Positions 36,688 through 46,514 of a DNA stretch of 64,000 nucleotides are shown here, piece after piece. Source of the DNA: Coriobacteriia bacterium (GTDB lineage Bacteria; Actinomycetota; Coriobacteriia; Anaerosomatales; PHET01); NCBI GenBank assembly GCA_034370385.1, contig JAXMKZ010000022.1, forward strand, positions 4,027 to 68,026, written 5' to 3'. The notes below the pieces were generated by a model that saw nothing but the letters and a program-made list of their open reading frames with translations, did not search any database and was not told the DNA's origin. The translations under genes and the position numbers were made by a program. The stretch's first letter is position 1; each line of letters begins with the position of its first letter.

Positions 36688-38652
36688 TCACACACGCTCG
36701 CGTATCGTGCGCGCGAGGTCGCCACCTCCAAGCGACGCCAATCTCACATACTCCGCCCCCGACATGCGCGCTATCTCGCGAGCCGATCCGCCGCCAGCAG
36801 CTGATGCCGACGTGTCAATGAGCAGGGCGTTCACGCCGGCGGCGCGCAGCTTGACCGCGGCCGACTTCGCGTCATCGCTGCCGACGCCGCCATCCACGCC
36901 CACGTTCCCGCGGCCGTCGGTCACCAGCACGAGCCAGGGCACGGTATCAGGCTGCCTCCGGATCTCGGTTTCGAGTAGGAGTAGGGACTTCAAAATGCCG
37001 GCCGCGAGTGGAGTGGCACCACCGGTAGGAAGCCCCTGCAGTTTCAGGTTCGCCAGTTCGACGCTGCCAGTGGGCGCCAGGACGACGTCTGCGCCATTGC
37101 CCCTGAACGAGACAAGCGCAACCCTGTCACGACGCTGGTATGCGTCGACCAGCAACTCAAGCACAGCGGCCTTGGCAACCTCGATGCGCTTCGATGCCCC
37201 CATCGAACCGCTTGCATCCACACAGAACACGATTGAAGCCCCCACCTTGCGGGTGCGGACCTTCGTACGAATGTCGTCTGAGCCGACGGACACCGCGAGC
37301 CCGGAGTCAGCCGTGTCGTTGGGAGTCGCCGCTGCGGCCCGGATGGTGGCATCAAGGGCGACGTCGCCCATCCGCACGGCTCCCTTGGCCATCTCGGAGC
37401 GTGCGTACCGGCCCCGCCCGTCGTCAACGACGCTCTCCTGCCTCCGGCCGGCGATCGAGCGTCTCGTTCGGTCCATCGCCGACTCGAATGCCACGTCAGG
37501 CATAGCGGGTTCACTGGAAGCCGAATCGATCGAGCCCACCGACTCAAAGATGCTTGCCTGTCCCTGTCCCGGACCCGTCGGACTCGATGCGCTCGGCTCA
37601 CCCACGGGGCTGTCGCCCGATAGGGCTCGGACGAGCGAATCGCGCAGTGAGTCAGTGTCGGCGCGTACGTCATCGAACGGCATGCGCCGAAGCCGGTGCG
37701 CCAGAACCAAGGCCGCCACACTCTCAACGTCGGCAAGAGAGACCTCGCCGCGACCGTCAAGGGCCGCATGGGCCGCCGCGGCGCGTGCCATCACGCTGTC
37801 GGCACGGTGTCCGTCCACTTTCGCGCGTATCGCAAGGTCTGCGATCGCGTAGAGGATCTCCTCGGGTGTCTTGACGGTGCCTGCGCGCAGTTGGGAATGC
37901 TTGATCCGAGTCCGCAGCTCTCCCTCAGCGTCCTCCCAAGAACGCGCGAAGCCCGTCGGGTCCTCTTCGAAGTCGTGACGGCGACGCATGATCTCGACGC
38001 GCGCCTCCGGCTCCCTCATCGCTTCCACCTCGACACACAGCCCGAACCGATCGAGCAGCTGCGGACGAATGTCGCCTTCCTCGGGATTCATCGTCCCAAC
38101 CAGAATGAAGCGCGCAGGATGCTGCAGGGAAACGCCCTCACGCTCCACGGTGTTCACGCCCATGGCAGCGGCGTCGAGCAGGGTGTCGACGAGGTGATCG
38201 TCAAGGAGGTTGACCTCGTCGACGTAGAGGATGCCGCGGTTCGCCGCTGCAAGAAGACCGGGATGGAACTCACGCTCTCCCCTCTTGAGCGCCGCCTCGA
38301 AGTCGAGCGTCCCCACCAGACGGTCTTCCGTGGCAGACACGGGCAACTCGACGATGTGTGGAAGGCGCGACTCCTTGGGCAACGTGCCCTCTTCACGCCT
38401 CTCGCGGCATTCCGTGCACCATGACGAGGGCTCTGCAGGGTCGCAGCCGAAGCGACACCCGCTTACGACAACGATCGCGGGCAGCACGCTGGCGAGCGCG
38501 CGAACTGCGGTCGACTTGGCCGTGCCCTTCTCGCCGCGAATCAGGACGCCGCCGACGCGGGGGTCGACCGCGTTGAGGATGAGTGCCGCCTTCAGTGCCT
38601 CCTGGCCGACGATGGCCGAGAACGGGAACGTCTGTACCGGCCTTGGGGTCAC
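36688..38652 (-). CDS. ChlI/ChlD-type chelatase-like fusion: N-terminal AAA+ ATPase plus C-terminal vWA (MIDAS) domain
   Basis: [16 protein letters not shown], Walker [10 protein letters not shown], the Cys-rich ChlI insertion GCRFGCDP...CTECR, Walker [23 protein letters not shown], and v[14 protein letters not shown]. The GTG at 38652 is preferred (TGA-cGGGAGccca-GTG junction with the upstream gene); the track ATG at 38745 would overlap that gene by 83 nt. Confidence 0.85.
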   Translation of the reverse strand: MTPRPVQTFPFSAIVGQEALKAALILNAVDPRVGGVLIRGEKGTAKSTAVRALASVLPAIVVVSGCRFGCDPAEPSSWCTECRERREEGTLPKESRLPHIVELPVSATEDRLVGTLDFEAALKRGEREFHPGLLAAANRGILYVDEVNLLDDHLVDTLLDAAAMGVNTVEREGVSLQHPARFILVGTMNPEEGDIRPQLLDRFGLCVEVEAMREPEARVEIMRRRHDFEEDPTGFARSWEDAEGELRTRIKHSQLRAGTVKTPEEILYAIADLAIRAKVDGHRADSVMARAAAAHAALDGRGEVSLADVESVAALVLAHRLRRMPFDDVRADTDSLRDSLVRALSGDSPVGEPSASSPTGPGQGQASIFESVGSIDSASSEPAMPDVAFESAMDRTRRSIAGRRQESVVDDGRGRYARSEMAKGAVRMGDVALDATIRAAAATPNDTADSGLAVSVGSDDIRTKVRTRKVGASIVFCVDASGSMGASKRIEVAKAAVLELLVDAYQRRDRVALVSFRGNGADVVLAPTGSVELANLKLQGLPTGGATPLAAGILKSLLLLETEIRRQPDTVPWLVLVTDGRGNVGVDGGVGSDDAKSAAVKLRAAGVNALLIDTSASAAGGGSAREIARMSGAEYVRLASLGGGDLARTIRERV

Positions 38653-38662
38653 TGGGCTCCCG

Positions 38663-39823
38663 TCACATCCACTGGAACGACCCGCAGCTGGCAGGGTCAC
38701 GCTGGCCCTTGTTGGGACACGTGTCGTGGTAGACGCAGTCATCACAGGTCATCGTGTCGAGCGGATCTGTGGCCACAACGGGCGGAAGGTCGACGAAATC
38801 CGAGTCACCCGCCACCGTCGAACTGACGTCGAGGTCATCGGAAACCTGGGCGGACTCGCCTGCGGTCGGATCCGCGGCAGCTGAGTCGCCCGTGTTGTCG
38901 GCCGCCGGCAGGCTCGCGGGCGACGAAGGCGGAATCACCGGCGGGACAGGAATCTCGGGCTTGTGCGGCTCGCTGACAGGTGACGATTCGGCACCATCCG
39001 GCCCCGGTGCAGACTGATCATCAGCCGCGGGAGGCAGCAATACGTCGACCTCAGACACGGTAGCGACCTCGTCGTACGCGCCGAGAATGACCGGGCGGGA
39101 CGACGCCATCGTCGCATCATCCCCAGGTGCTCTCACGAGCGAACCCTCGTCGTCTCCCGGCTCGTCCAGAGCATCGAGATCAAGCGGCGAGACATCCGGC
39201 TTAACGGCCCAAGGCCAAGAGCCTTCGTCGGCACCCTCGATCTGGGCCTCAACCACCATGGCGTCTGACGGAGGCTCCGCGAGCGGGTCGGCGCCCTCAT
39301 CGACCGGCTCCTCCTCGGCGGGCAGATCGGGTTCGTCGGGCTCAACCGGCCCGACGGACTCGGGAGCCACGATGCCCTCGGCCTCCAGACTGACCGCGGA
39401 CCGGCGGAGCGCCTCCTTGAGGTCGGGGGCAGCGTCGCTCTCATCGTCCAGCCCCTCGATCACCGCGGCGAGCGACTCGTCCGCCTCATCGACGGTGGGT
39501 GTGGCCTGCGTATCGGCTGCGACAGCACCGTCATCCTCGGCCGGTTCACCCTCGGACGGCCCAACCTCGTCGGTCGGCCCAACCTCGTCGGCCGGCTCAA
39601 CCTCCTCGGGCTCAACAACCTGCGATGCCGCCGGCCTGACAAGAAGCACGGGGGTGGCAGCGTCCAGGTCCGCGACCAGTACCTCGCAATCCCACGCATC
39701 GAACCCGGGATCTGCCGTGACGCGCGATAGCTCGCTCATGGCACTGGCGCGGGTCTCGAAGACACCCTCAGCAAGGAGCCGGAGCGAATCGTCGGGTCCC
39801 TTTCCGATCAGGAAGAACGGCAT
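38663..39823 (-). CDS. Hyper-acidic, Pro/Ala/Val-rich (likely disordered) protein with a short folded-looking N-terminus and a C-terminal C-x2-C-x5-CP-x9-C motif
   Basis: 386 aa. The N-terminal ~70 aa [35 protein letters not shown]... are followed by a long D/E/P-rich region and the end ...[32 protein letters not shown]3-rich codons throughout. A promoter-like element lies upstream. Confidence 0.65.
   Translation of the reverse strand: MPFFLIGKGPDDSLRLLAEGVFETRASAMSELSRVTADPGFDAWDCEVLVADLDAATPVLLVRPAASQVVEPEEVEPADEVGPTDEVGPSEGEPAEDDGAVAADTQATPTVDEADESLAAVIEGLDDESDAAPDLKEALRRSAVSLEAEGIVAPESVGPVEPDEPDLPAEEEPVDEGADPLAEPPSDAMVVEAQIEGADEGSWPWAVKPDVSPLDLDALDEPGDDEGSLVRAPGDDATMASSRPVILGAYDEVATVSEVDVLLPPAADDQSAPGPDGAESSPVSEPHKPEIPVPPVIPPSSPASLPAADNTGDSAAADPTAGESAQVSDDLDVSSTVAGDSDFVDLPPVVATDPLDTMTCDDCVYHDTCPNKGQRDPASCGSFQWM
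39557..39610 (-). repeat. 18-bp tandem repeat x3 inside the acidic-protein gene
   Basis: cggcccaacctcgtcggt / cggcccaacctcgtcggc / cggctcaacctcctcggg, encoding ...[17 protein letters not shown]... Confidence 0.7.
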
Positions 39824-39885
39824 GGCCTACCCCTCGTCGAGTGTGTGCGAACGCGCGAACCACCTGCGCGTGACGACGCGCTCCT

Positions 39886-39914
39886 ATCGTAGAGCCGCAG
39901 ACCGAAGGCGGCAA
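39886..39914 (-). promoter_or_regulatory. Candidate sigma70-type promoter of the acidic-protein / ChlID operon
   Basis: Minus-strand TTGCCG-17 nt-TACGAT, ~60 nt upstream of the ATG at 39823. Confidence 0.4.
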
Positions 39915-39948
39915 CCGTGACCCGAGCACAAAGGCATGTCCTCTGTGA

Positions 39949-40809
39949 TCACGAGCACGCTACACGAAGCGCCTTGAGGCGAGCGATGTTGGTCGCATCC
40001 TTCTCGGGCACCTCGCCCGGCATCTCGGTGACCACGGGAACCTGCGCAAGATCGGGCTCGCAGATCATGGCACGGAAGCCCTCGGTTCCGATGGAGCCAT
40101 CGCCTATCCACGCATGTCGGTCACGGTGGCTACCCCGGTCGAACATGCAGTCGTTGGCGTGAATGAGTCCGACCCGGTCCAGCCCAAGGACCTCTCTCAT
40201 CTCTGACACCAGCTCGACCCAGCCCACCGAAGTGGACAGGTCGTCCCCGAATGCGAAACCGTGGCATGTGTCGAAGCAGATGCCAATCACCTCAGGCGGC
40301 AACTCCGTGGCTGCGATCACTGAGGCCAGCTCCCTCACCGAGCCGCCGAACGTGCTCCCGGCTCCCGCGGTGTTCTCGAGGAGCAGCCGCGCACGGTCAG
40401 GACTGACTGCCGCGAGTTCATACGCCTCGGTGATCGCTTTCCCGCAGCGGACGGCCGCGACCACGGGATCGGCCTTCGGGTCGGTCCCGAGGTGGGTCAC
40501 AACCCCATCGACCCCAAGTGCTGCACCTCGACGCAGTTCGTCAGCCAATGCGACCACGGATTTCTCGCGCATGATCGGATCGTCCGTGGTCAGGTTGATG
40601 AGGTAGGCGGTGTGAGTGAACACGGGACCGAATCCTCGTGCCGCTCTATCGGCCACGAACGCTTGGGCCGCGTCCGAATCCAGCGCCGCGCCCTTCCACT
40701 GCCGAGGGCTCTTCGCGAAGAGCTGGATGCACTCGCATCCCACGTCTTGGGCATAGTCGAGTGCGGCACCATAGCCCTTCGAGACCGACACGTGCGCTCC
40801 TATGAGCAT
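39949..40809 (-). CDS. nfo: Endonuclease IV (AP endonuclease family 2)
   Basis: MLIGAHVSVSKGYGAALDYAQDVGCECIQLFAKSPRQW is collinear with the start of E. coli Nfo as recalled, and metal-ligand His/Asp/Glu positions are present. The ATG at 40809 is preferred over the track start at 40848. Confidence 0.88.
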   Translation of the reverse strand: MLIGAHVSVSKGYGAALDYAQDVGCECIQLFAKSPRQWKGAALDSDAAQAFVADRAARGFGPVFTHTAYLINLTTDDPIMREKSVVALADELRRGAALGVDGVVTHLGTDPKADPVVAAVRCGKAITEAYELAAVSPDRARLLLENTAGAGSTFGGSVRELASVIAATELPPEVIGICFDTCHGFAFGDDLSTSVGWVELVSEMREVLGLDRVGLIHANDCMFDRGSHRDRHAWIGDGSIGTEGFRAMICEPDLAQVPVVTEMPGEVPEKDATNIARLKALRVACS

Positions 40810-40873
40810 GCGACTCCCGTCACGAGGGGCAGTTAGGACCTGGTCCATTCTACCCGTACAGCGGATACACTCG

Positions 40874-42130
40874 ATGGTGTCAGTGCAACCGCAAGAGGTG
40901 ACAGTTTCAGTGATCGACGTCGATGCGACGATTCTTCCTCCGTGGAGCGCCCGCGCGCTTCTGCACGTGGATTTGGACGCCTTCTTCGCCGCCGTCGAGC
41001 AGCTGGATCACGCCGAGTGGCGCGGCCGACCGGTCATCGTGGGGGGTCACAGCTCTCGACGAGGGGTGGTATCGACCGCAAGTTACGAGGCACGCGCTTT
41101 CGGCGTGCATTCGGGCATGCCCTCGGTCAGGGCCGCCTCGCTGTGTCCCGATGCGGTGTGGGCGCCACCCCGGTTCTCGCGGTACAAGGAGCTTTCCGAT
41201 GCGGTGTTTCGCATCTTCGAGCACCACGCGGCCCTCGTGCAGCCTGTGTCTGTGGACGAGGCATTCCTTGACGTCACCTCCGGGCGCTACGCAGGCGAGC
41301 ATCCCGTAGAGATCGCCCGCCGGATCAGGGCCGATGTCGCGCTTCTTGGGCTTACCGCCTCGGTGGGAGTTGCGACATCCAAGACGGTGGCCAAGATCGC
41401 ATCAGACCACGACAAACCCGATGGTCTCACCGTGGTGTGGCCCGGTGAGGAGGCGCAGTTCCTGGCGCCCCTGCCGGTTCGCGCCATGGGCGGCATCGGA
41501 CCCCGAACCACGGATCGGCTTCAGGCCCTGGGAATCCACACCCTGGGGAGCCTGGCTGCGCTCGACGAGATGACGGCCCGTTCGGTGCTTGGCGTGGATG
41601 GCCTCGGTTACGTGCTCCGCGCCCAAGGGGTAGATCCGAGTCCCGTTCGAGACAACGAGGCCGTGAAGTCGGTCTCGAAGGAGAGAACCTTCGCTACGGA
41701 CAAGCGCACCGTGGCAGAGGTTGAGCATGAACTCCAAGACCTTGTCTCGCGAGTATGCTCGCGCCTGCGGTCCAAGGGAGTCGCCGGACGAACCGTGACG
41801 GTGAAGCTTCGTTTCGGCGACTTCACCACGCGCACAGCCCGCAAGACGCTTGCCGACTCAACGAACGATGAGACTATCGTGGGCGAGGTCGCCCTCGACC
41901 TCTTGCGGGATACGTGGTCGGCCGGGGTGGGGCTGCGTTTACTTGGCGTCGGCGTCTCGGGGCTTTCCACACCCGCCACGCAGTTGGACCTGTTCGGGGC
42001 GGACCCGGCCGTAACAAAGGTAGGGCGAACCGGACTGGTGGAGAACATCGATGCGATTCGGAAGAGGTTTGGGCATGATGCGGTACGATTCGGCACCGAG
42101 CTAACCGATCGCAAGGGTCCCGAGAGATGA
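40874..42130 (+). CDS. dinB: DNA polymerase IV (Y-family), catalytic residues present
   Basis: LHVDLDAFFAAVEQ, SVDEAFLDVT and the little-finger region. ATG at 40874 (MVSVQPQ...); the track start at 40802 overlaps the divergent nfo. Confidence 0.88.
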   Translation: MVSVQPQEVTVSVIDVDATILPPWSARALLHVDLDAFFAAVEQLDHAEWRGRPVIVGGHSSRRGVVSTASYEARAFGVHSGMPSVRAASLCPDAVWAPPRFSRYKELSDAVFRIFEHHAALVQPVSVDEAFLDVTSGRYAGEHPVEIARRIRADVALLGLTASVGVATSKTVAKIASDHDKPDGLTVVWPGEEAQFLAPLPVRAMGGIGPRTTDRLQALGIHTLGSLAALDEMTARSVLGVDGLGYVLRAQGVDPSPVRDNEAVKSVSKERTFATDKRTVAEVEHELQDLVSRVCSRLRSKGVAGRTVTVKLRFGDFTTRTARKTLADSTNDETIVGEVALDLLRDTWSAGVGLRLLGVGVSGLSTPATQLDLFGADPAVTKVGRTGLVENIDAIRKRFGHDAVRFGTELTDRKGPER

Positions 42131-42564
42131 ATCCTCACCGCGTCATCATGGCTGCAGCGGTCGCTTGTGTCCTCATGGCACCAGGCTGTGCTCCTCCACC
42201 TGAGGACCCTGTGACGACCGGGGTTCCGGCTGGCCGGCAAGCCGAGTCGGTGTCGCGCCCCGGACTCACGCGAACCGGAGACCAGAACGAAGCCACTGCC
42301 GTCGGCACGCTGGTATTCCGTCGCGACCAGGGCGGTTTCTTCGGCTTGGCGGACATGACTCCCTCTCAAGAACCGTCCACCGATGCGCGCATTCTTGTCG
42401 TTCTCGTTCAAGAGGACGGCAATCGAAGCGCTCCGGACCTTGCCCCTCTGGTGGGCGCCTACTGTGCGTTTTCCGGCACCCTTCGCACCGAGACGACGCT
42501 CACGCCCATCCCCGAGCTGGTCTTTGACTCATACCGGGTCCTCGTCCCTGTGCCTGGGCCCTAG
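42127..42564 (+). CDS. Hypothetical lipoprotein (paralog A)
   Basis: 145 aa. Lipobox LMAPGC. The ATG overlaps the dinB TGA (ATGA at 42127-42130). Confidence 0.6.
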   Translation: MNPHRVIMAAAVACVLMAPGCAPPPEDPVTTGVPAGRQAESVSRPGLTRTGDQNEATAVGTLVFRRDQGGFFGLADMTPSQEPSTDARILVVLVQEDGNRSAPDLAPLVGAYCAFSGTLRTETTLTPIPELVFDSYRVLVPVPGP

Positions 42565-42637
42565 CTCGGTGAACCGCCGGCTGGTTTCAGTCGTCCAAGT
42601 GGGTGCGAACACTGCAACTTCGATCCGAGGAGGCCGA

Positions 42638-43090
42638 ATGCTTCTCAAGGCGTTGGTAGCGGCAGCACTGGTCGGGACCCTGTCCGTAGCTGTCGGATGC
42701 TCTGGGCCACAGTCCGGTCTCGAACCTGAGCCGGCTCCGATTGTCGAATCTCCTCCGGCGGAGTCCCCCGCGGCGGGTTCGCGGCTGGCTTTGGGACTGT
42801 ATGAGTTGGAGGATGGAACGGCTCAGGCGCTCGGAACCCTCGAGTGGGTCGATCTTGAGGGTGGGTTTTGGGCGATCAAGGGTGGAACCGAGGCGGAGGG
42901 TAACGTCGGCGCAACCGTCGCGGTACTTGCCAACGGTCCCGCTTTCGAACAGGAACTCAAGCCGCTGGAGGGCAAGACGGTCATGATCGTAGGTACCCTC
43001 CTGGATGGAGCATCCATCCGCATGGCAGGTCCCGAGATCGAGATGACCGAAGTCACTGAGGTCTCCGACACTATCGATCCGGCCCAGTAG
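42638..43090 (+). CDS. Hypothetical lipoprotein (paralog B)
   Basis: ATG at 42638 preceded by gaggagg. 150 aa. Lipobox SVAVGC. Shares GTL..(7-8 aa)..GGF(F/W) and ...GTL... blocks with paralog A. Confidence 0.6.
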   Translation: MLLKALVAAALVGTLSVAVGCSGPQSGLEPEPAPIVESPPAESPAAGSRLALGLYELEDGTAQALGTLEWVDLEGGFWAIKGGTEAEGNVGATVAVLANGPAFEQELKPLEGKTVMIVGTLLDGASIRMAGPEIEMTEVTEVSDTIDPAQ

Positions 43091-43133
43091 AGCTCTCCGG
43101 GTCTTCGCTGCATGAAACGAGGCGGCTGGGGCG

Positions 43134-46100
43134 TCACGCTCCGGCCGTTTCGGATTCAGCTGCGGCCCACGACTCCTCTTCGGGCGCTCCGGCACCACCA
43201 AGGGACGGACCCATCGGTCCGCTCGGCACGCCCCGGCGCAGCCGTACCGGAGAGCCGCCCGGTGATCTTACGACGTAGGGCCGCACGTCTTCGGCCACAA
43301 TCGCGAGACCTCGTTCGTGATTGTTCTGCAAGGTCCCATCCACGAGGTAGGCGCGATGCTTCACTATGGCGTCGCCGGCGCGCTGAAGCGCATCCTCAAA
43401 CACCACTACGTCGAGCAAACCGGTGGCGTCCTCCAGCGTGAGAAAGCACGTTCGCTTCCCCGAGCGCGTCCGTGGGGTCTGGGCCCGCTCTCGGACTCCG
43501 GCCACGCGCACCCTCGTGCGGTCAGGTAGGCCGCGCAGGTCGCGTGCGAAGGTGACCCCACGTGCGATGAGGTCGGCCTCTGCCAAATCCAACGGGTGGC
43601 TCGTGAGAGAGAGTCCCGTGAGCTCAAGTTCGGCTGAAAGCCTGCGCGCCACGCCCCAACCGCTCACGTGGTCCGGATCCTCAGGCGGCCGGATTCGCGC
43701 CGGCGCGAGGCACAAGGTGTCGTCACCGGCGACCCCCTCGCGCGCGATAACCGCCTTGAGTTCAGGTAGGAGCGCAAGCATTTCATCGCGCGTCGGCGGC
43801 CTGCCCGCCCCGGTGGTCCCGAGCCCGTCGAGTGCCCCGATGCGGATGAGCGACTCCGCCGCCGGCAGCTCGGCACGTGTACGGCGCACAAAGTCAGCGA
43901 GGTCCCGAAAGGGCCGCACCGCGCGTTCCACCGGAACCGTTGCAAGAAGGCGAGCCGTCATCGCATGGACATCCTTCAGGCCGATACGGATGGCCGCCCC
44001 ATCCGAGGCGACCGTATGGTCGACGGCGCTGTCGTTGACGTGGGGAGCCAGAATCTCGATGCCATGGCGTCGTGCGTCGTTGACCACAAGCCGAGGCGTG
44101 TAGAAGCCCATAGGTTCGTGGTTCAGAATCGCGCAGCTGAACTCGGCCGGGTAGTACGTTTTCAGCCATGCGCTGGCGTAGGAGACCACCGCGAAGCACG
44201 CGGCATGCGCCTTGTTGAAGCCGTACGCCGCGAAACCCTCAAGCTGCCGAAAGACCTCAGCAGCCACCTCAGCATCTACCCCGCGCGCCATCGCCTTCTC
44301 CAAGAAGTGAGCGCGGATCGCCTCCATCTGTTCGCGGCTCCGTCCCTTGGTCATGGCACGACGCAACGAATCCGCCTCGGCCAGCGTGAAGCCCGCGACT
44401 TCGCGTGCAACGAGCAAGACCTGCTCCTGGTAGACGATGACGCCATACGAGTCGGCAAGTACCTCTCGCATGTTTTCATGCGGAACCGTCACCGGCTCGA
44501 TTCCATGCCGACGGCGGATGAACGGGGTGATCATCTCGGCTTCGAGTGGTCCGGGCCGAAACAGCGAGATCTGAGCGATGATGTCTTCGAAGCGGTTCGA
44601 CTTCAGCCGTGTCGACAGATTGCGTTGGCCACTGCTCTCAAGCTGGAACATCCCGACTGAGTCCGCCGCAGCGATCATCTCGTAGACACGCGGATCGTCC
44701 TTAGGCAGTTCGAACGGCTCAGGGACCGCAGCGACTCCCACACGCTCGCGTGCCATCTCGACCGCTGACGAGATGGCCGAATGCATCCGTAGACCGAGAA
44801 TGTCCATCTTCACGAGTCCGAGCGCCTCGATATCGTCTTTGTCGTACTGCGAGACGACCACCCCCTTGGCCGCCCACTGAAGCGGCATCCAGCTCGCCAC
44901 CGGGTCTCGGGTGATGATGAAGCCGCCCAGATGGGTGCCGAGGTGAGTCGGCGTGCGGTCGAGCTGTTCGGCGATCTCGAGAATGGGCGCGTAGCGCGCC
45001 TCATGCAGCGGGTGATCGCGGCACTCGGGATAGGTTTCAAGCACCTCCCTGATCTTGCGCGCGCTCACCCATGGCAGATAGCGGGAAAGCGAGTTGACCT
45101 CTGCGATTGGCAGTCCGAACGCTCGAGCCGCAATACGCACAGCGCTTCTGGCCGTGGTGGTCTGCACGGTGGCTACCATAGCGACGTGCTCGGAGCCGAA
45201 CCGCCGATAGATGAACTCGATGACCTCGTCGCGTCGCGCGGAGTCGAAGTCGACGTCGATGTCGGGCATCTGCCGGCGCTCGGGATTCAAGAAGCGCTCG
45301 AAGAGCAGGTCATGGGCGATGGGGTCCGCGTCGGTGATACCCAGAGCGAACGCGACGATGCTATCGCCTGCGCTCCCCCGTCCGCTGCAGCGGATCCTCT
45401 TCGCCTTCGCGAAGTCCACGATCTCCTTCACCACGAGGAAATACTCCGCAAACCCCATCTGGTCTATAAGCGTCAGCTCGTGCTGCAGCCTGCGAATCGC
45501 CTCCGGGATCATCGGCGAATAGCGCCGCTCCAGCCCACGCCACGACTCCTTGGCGAGCACCGAATACGCCGTCTCGCCCCTTGGCAAATCGGCTCCCGGG
45601 AAGTGGAACTGCCCGAGCGGCAGCTCGAAATCGGCACACATCGAAGCGATTTCGAGAGTCGCGTCACAGGCACGTTCGCACCCGGCGAACAGGCGGCGCA
45701 TCTCTGTGGGGGATTTGAGCCACAGTTCGGCGTTGGGCCGGTCGTAGGGTCCTGGCAGCGCCATGCGCGCACCGACGCTTGCGAGCACATCGTGGATGCG
45801 GTGGCCCTCAGGGCGCAGATAGTGGACGTCGTTCGTAGCCACCACGGGAAAGCTGAGGTCATCGGCCGCCTCGACAAGACCGCCGATGATACGGGGGCTC
45901 TCCGCGGTGAGCGGATGCACCAGCTCGACGAAGAACGCGCCGGGCTCGAAACAGTTCGCCAGGCGCATGAGTGCCGATCGAGCCCGCCCGGGGCGTGCGT
46001 GTGCCACCGAAAGCGCTGCCTCGCCGTTCCCGCAACCCGACAGGGCGATGAGCCCTTCGCCGAAGTGTTCCAGATCGCGAAGGGAGACGACGCTTGGTAC

Positions 46101-46514
46101 CTCGGGCCCACGCAGATGAGTACGGGAGAGCAACCGACACAAGTTGCGATAGCCGGCGAAATCGCGCGCGAGCACCGTCAGATGAAAACCGAACGCCGAC
46201 GCGCGACCGAATCCCACCCGTGCCGGAAGAACGAGACGCGACTCGGGCGGCAGATCGGCCTCCTCGCCAAGCACGCCGGCGGCTTCAACGACGATCTCGC
46301 AACCGATGATCGGAGCGATGCCGGCATCCCTACAGGCGCGATAGAAGCGGATGGCACCCGAAAGACCCTGATGGTCCGTGAGCGCCAGAGCGGGCATCTC
46401 GAGCTCCGCCGCACGCTCCACGAGCGCGGGTAACGGACAGGCGCCGTCGTGGAAGCTGAAGTTGGAGTGTGTATGCAGGTGCACAAAGGCCGTCGACACG
46501 GGAACCCGTCCCAC
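43134..46514 (-). CDS. dnaE2: Error-prone DNA polymerase III alpha-like subunit (DnaE2/ImuC-type)
   Basis: 1126 aa, GTG start. The N-terminal PHP domain starts FVHLHTHSNFSFHDGA, and the alpha-subunit palm/fingers are present. The length and the LexA-box-controlled operon context fit DnaE2 rather than replicative DnaE1. Confidence 0.8.
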   Translation of the reverse strand: MGRVPVSTAFVHLHTHSNFSFHDGACPLPALVERAAELEMPALALTDHQGLSGAIRFYRACRDAGIAPIIGCEIVVEAAGVLGEEADLPPESRLVLPARVGFGRASAFGFHLTVLARDFAGYRNLCRLLSRTHLRGPEVPSVVSLRDLEHFGEGLIALSGCGNGEAALSVAHARPGRARSALMRLANCFEPGAFFVELVHPLTAESPRIIGGLVEAADDLSFPVVATNDVHYLRPEGHRIHDVLASVGARMALPGPYDRPNAELWLKSPTEMRRLFAGCERACDATLEIASMCADFELPLGQFHFPGADLPRGETAYSVLAKESWRGLERRYSPMIPEAIRRLQHELTLIDQMGFAEYFLVVKEIVDFAKAKRIRCSGRGSAGDSIVAFALGITDADPIAHDLLFERFLNPERRQMPDIDVDFDSARRDEVIEFIYRRFGSEHVAMVATVQTTTARSAVRIAARAFGLPIAEVNSLSRYLPWVSARKIREVLETYPECRDHPLHEARYAPILEIAEQLDRTPTHLGTHLGGFIITRDPVASWMPLQWAAKGVVVSQYDKDDIEALGLVKMDILGLRMHSAISSAVEMARERVGVAAVPEPFELPKDDPRVYEMIAAADSVGMFQLESSGQRNLSTRLKSNRFEDIIAQISLFRPGPLEAEMITPFIRRRHGIEPVTVPHENMREVLADSYGVIVYQEQVLLVAREVAGFTLAEADSLRRAMTKGRSREQMEAIRAHFLEKAMARGVDAEVAAEVFRQLEGFAAYGFNKAHAACFAVVSYASAWLKTYYPAEFSCAILNHEPMGFYTPRLVVNDARRHGIEILAPHVNDSAVDHTVASDGAAIRIGLKDVHAMTARLLATVPVERAVRPFRDLADFVRRTRAELPAAESLIRIGALDGLGTTGAGRPPTRDEMLALLPELKAVIAREGVAGDDTLCLAPARIRPPEDPDHVSGWGVARRLSAELELTGLSLTSHPLDLAEADLIARGVTFARDLRGLPDRTRVRVAGVRERAQTPRTRSGKRTCFLTLEDATGLLDVVVFEDALQRAGDAIVKHRAYLVDGTLQNNHERGLAIVAEDVRPYVVRSPGGSPVRLRRGVPSGPMGPSLGGAGAPEEESWAAAESETAGA

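Noticed and set aside
35567-37852. 761-aa plus-strand ORF, among the longest in the track
   Set aside because: It is entirely antisense to two strongly supported minus-strand genes (the giant FG-GAP/BNR protein and the ChlI/ChlD fusion). The product is Arg/Ala/Ser/Pro-rich low-complexity sequence with no motifs. This is a typical high-GC antisense artefact.
40780-40873. LexA box upstream of dinB
   Set aside because: No GAAC-N4-GTTC-like sequence is present in the nfo-dinB intergenic region.
44931-46433. 500-aa plus-strand ORF
   Set aside because: It is antisense to dnaE2 and has low-complexity composition.
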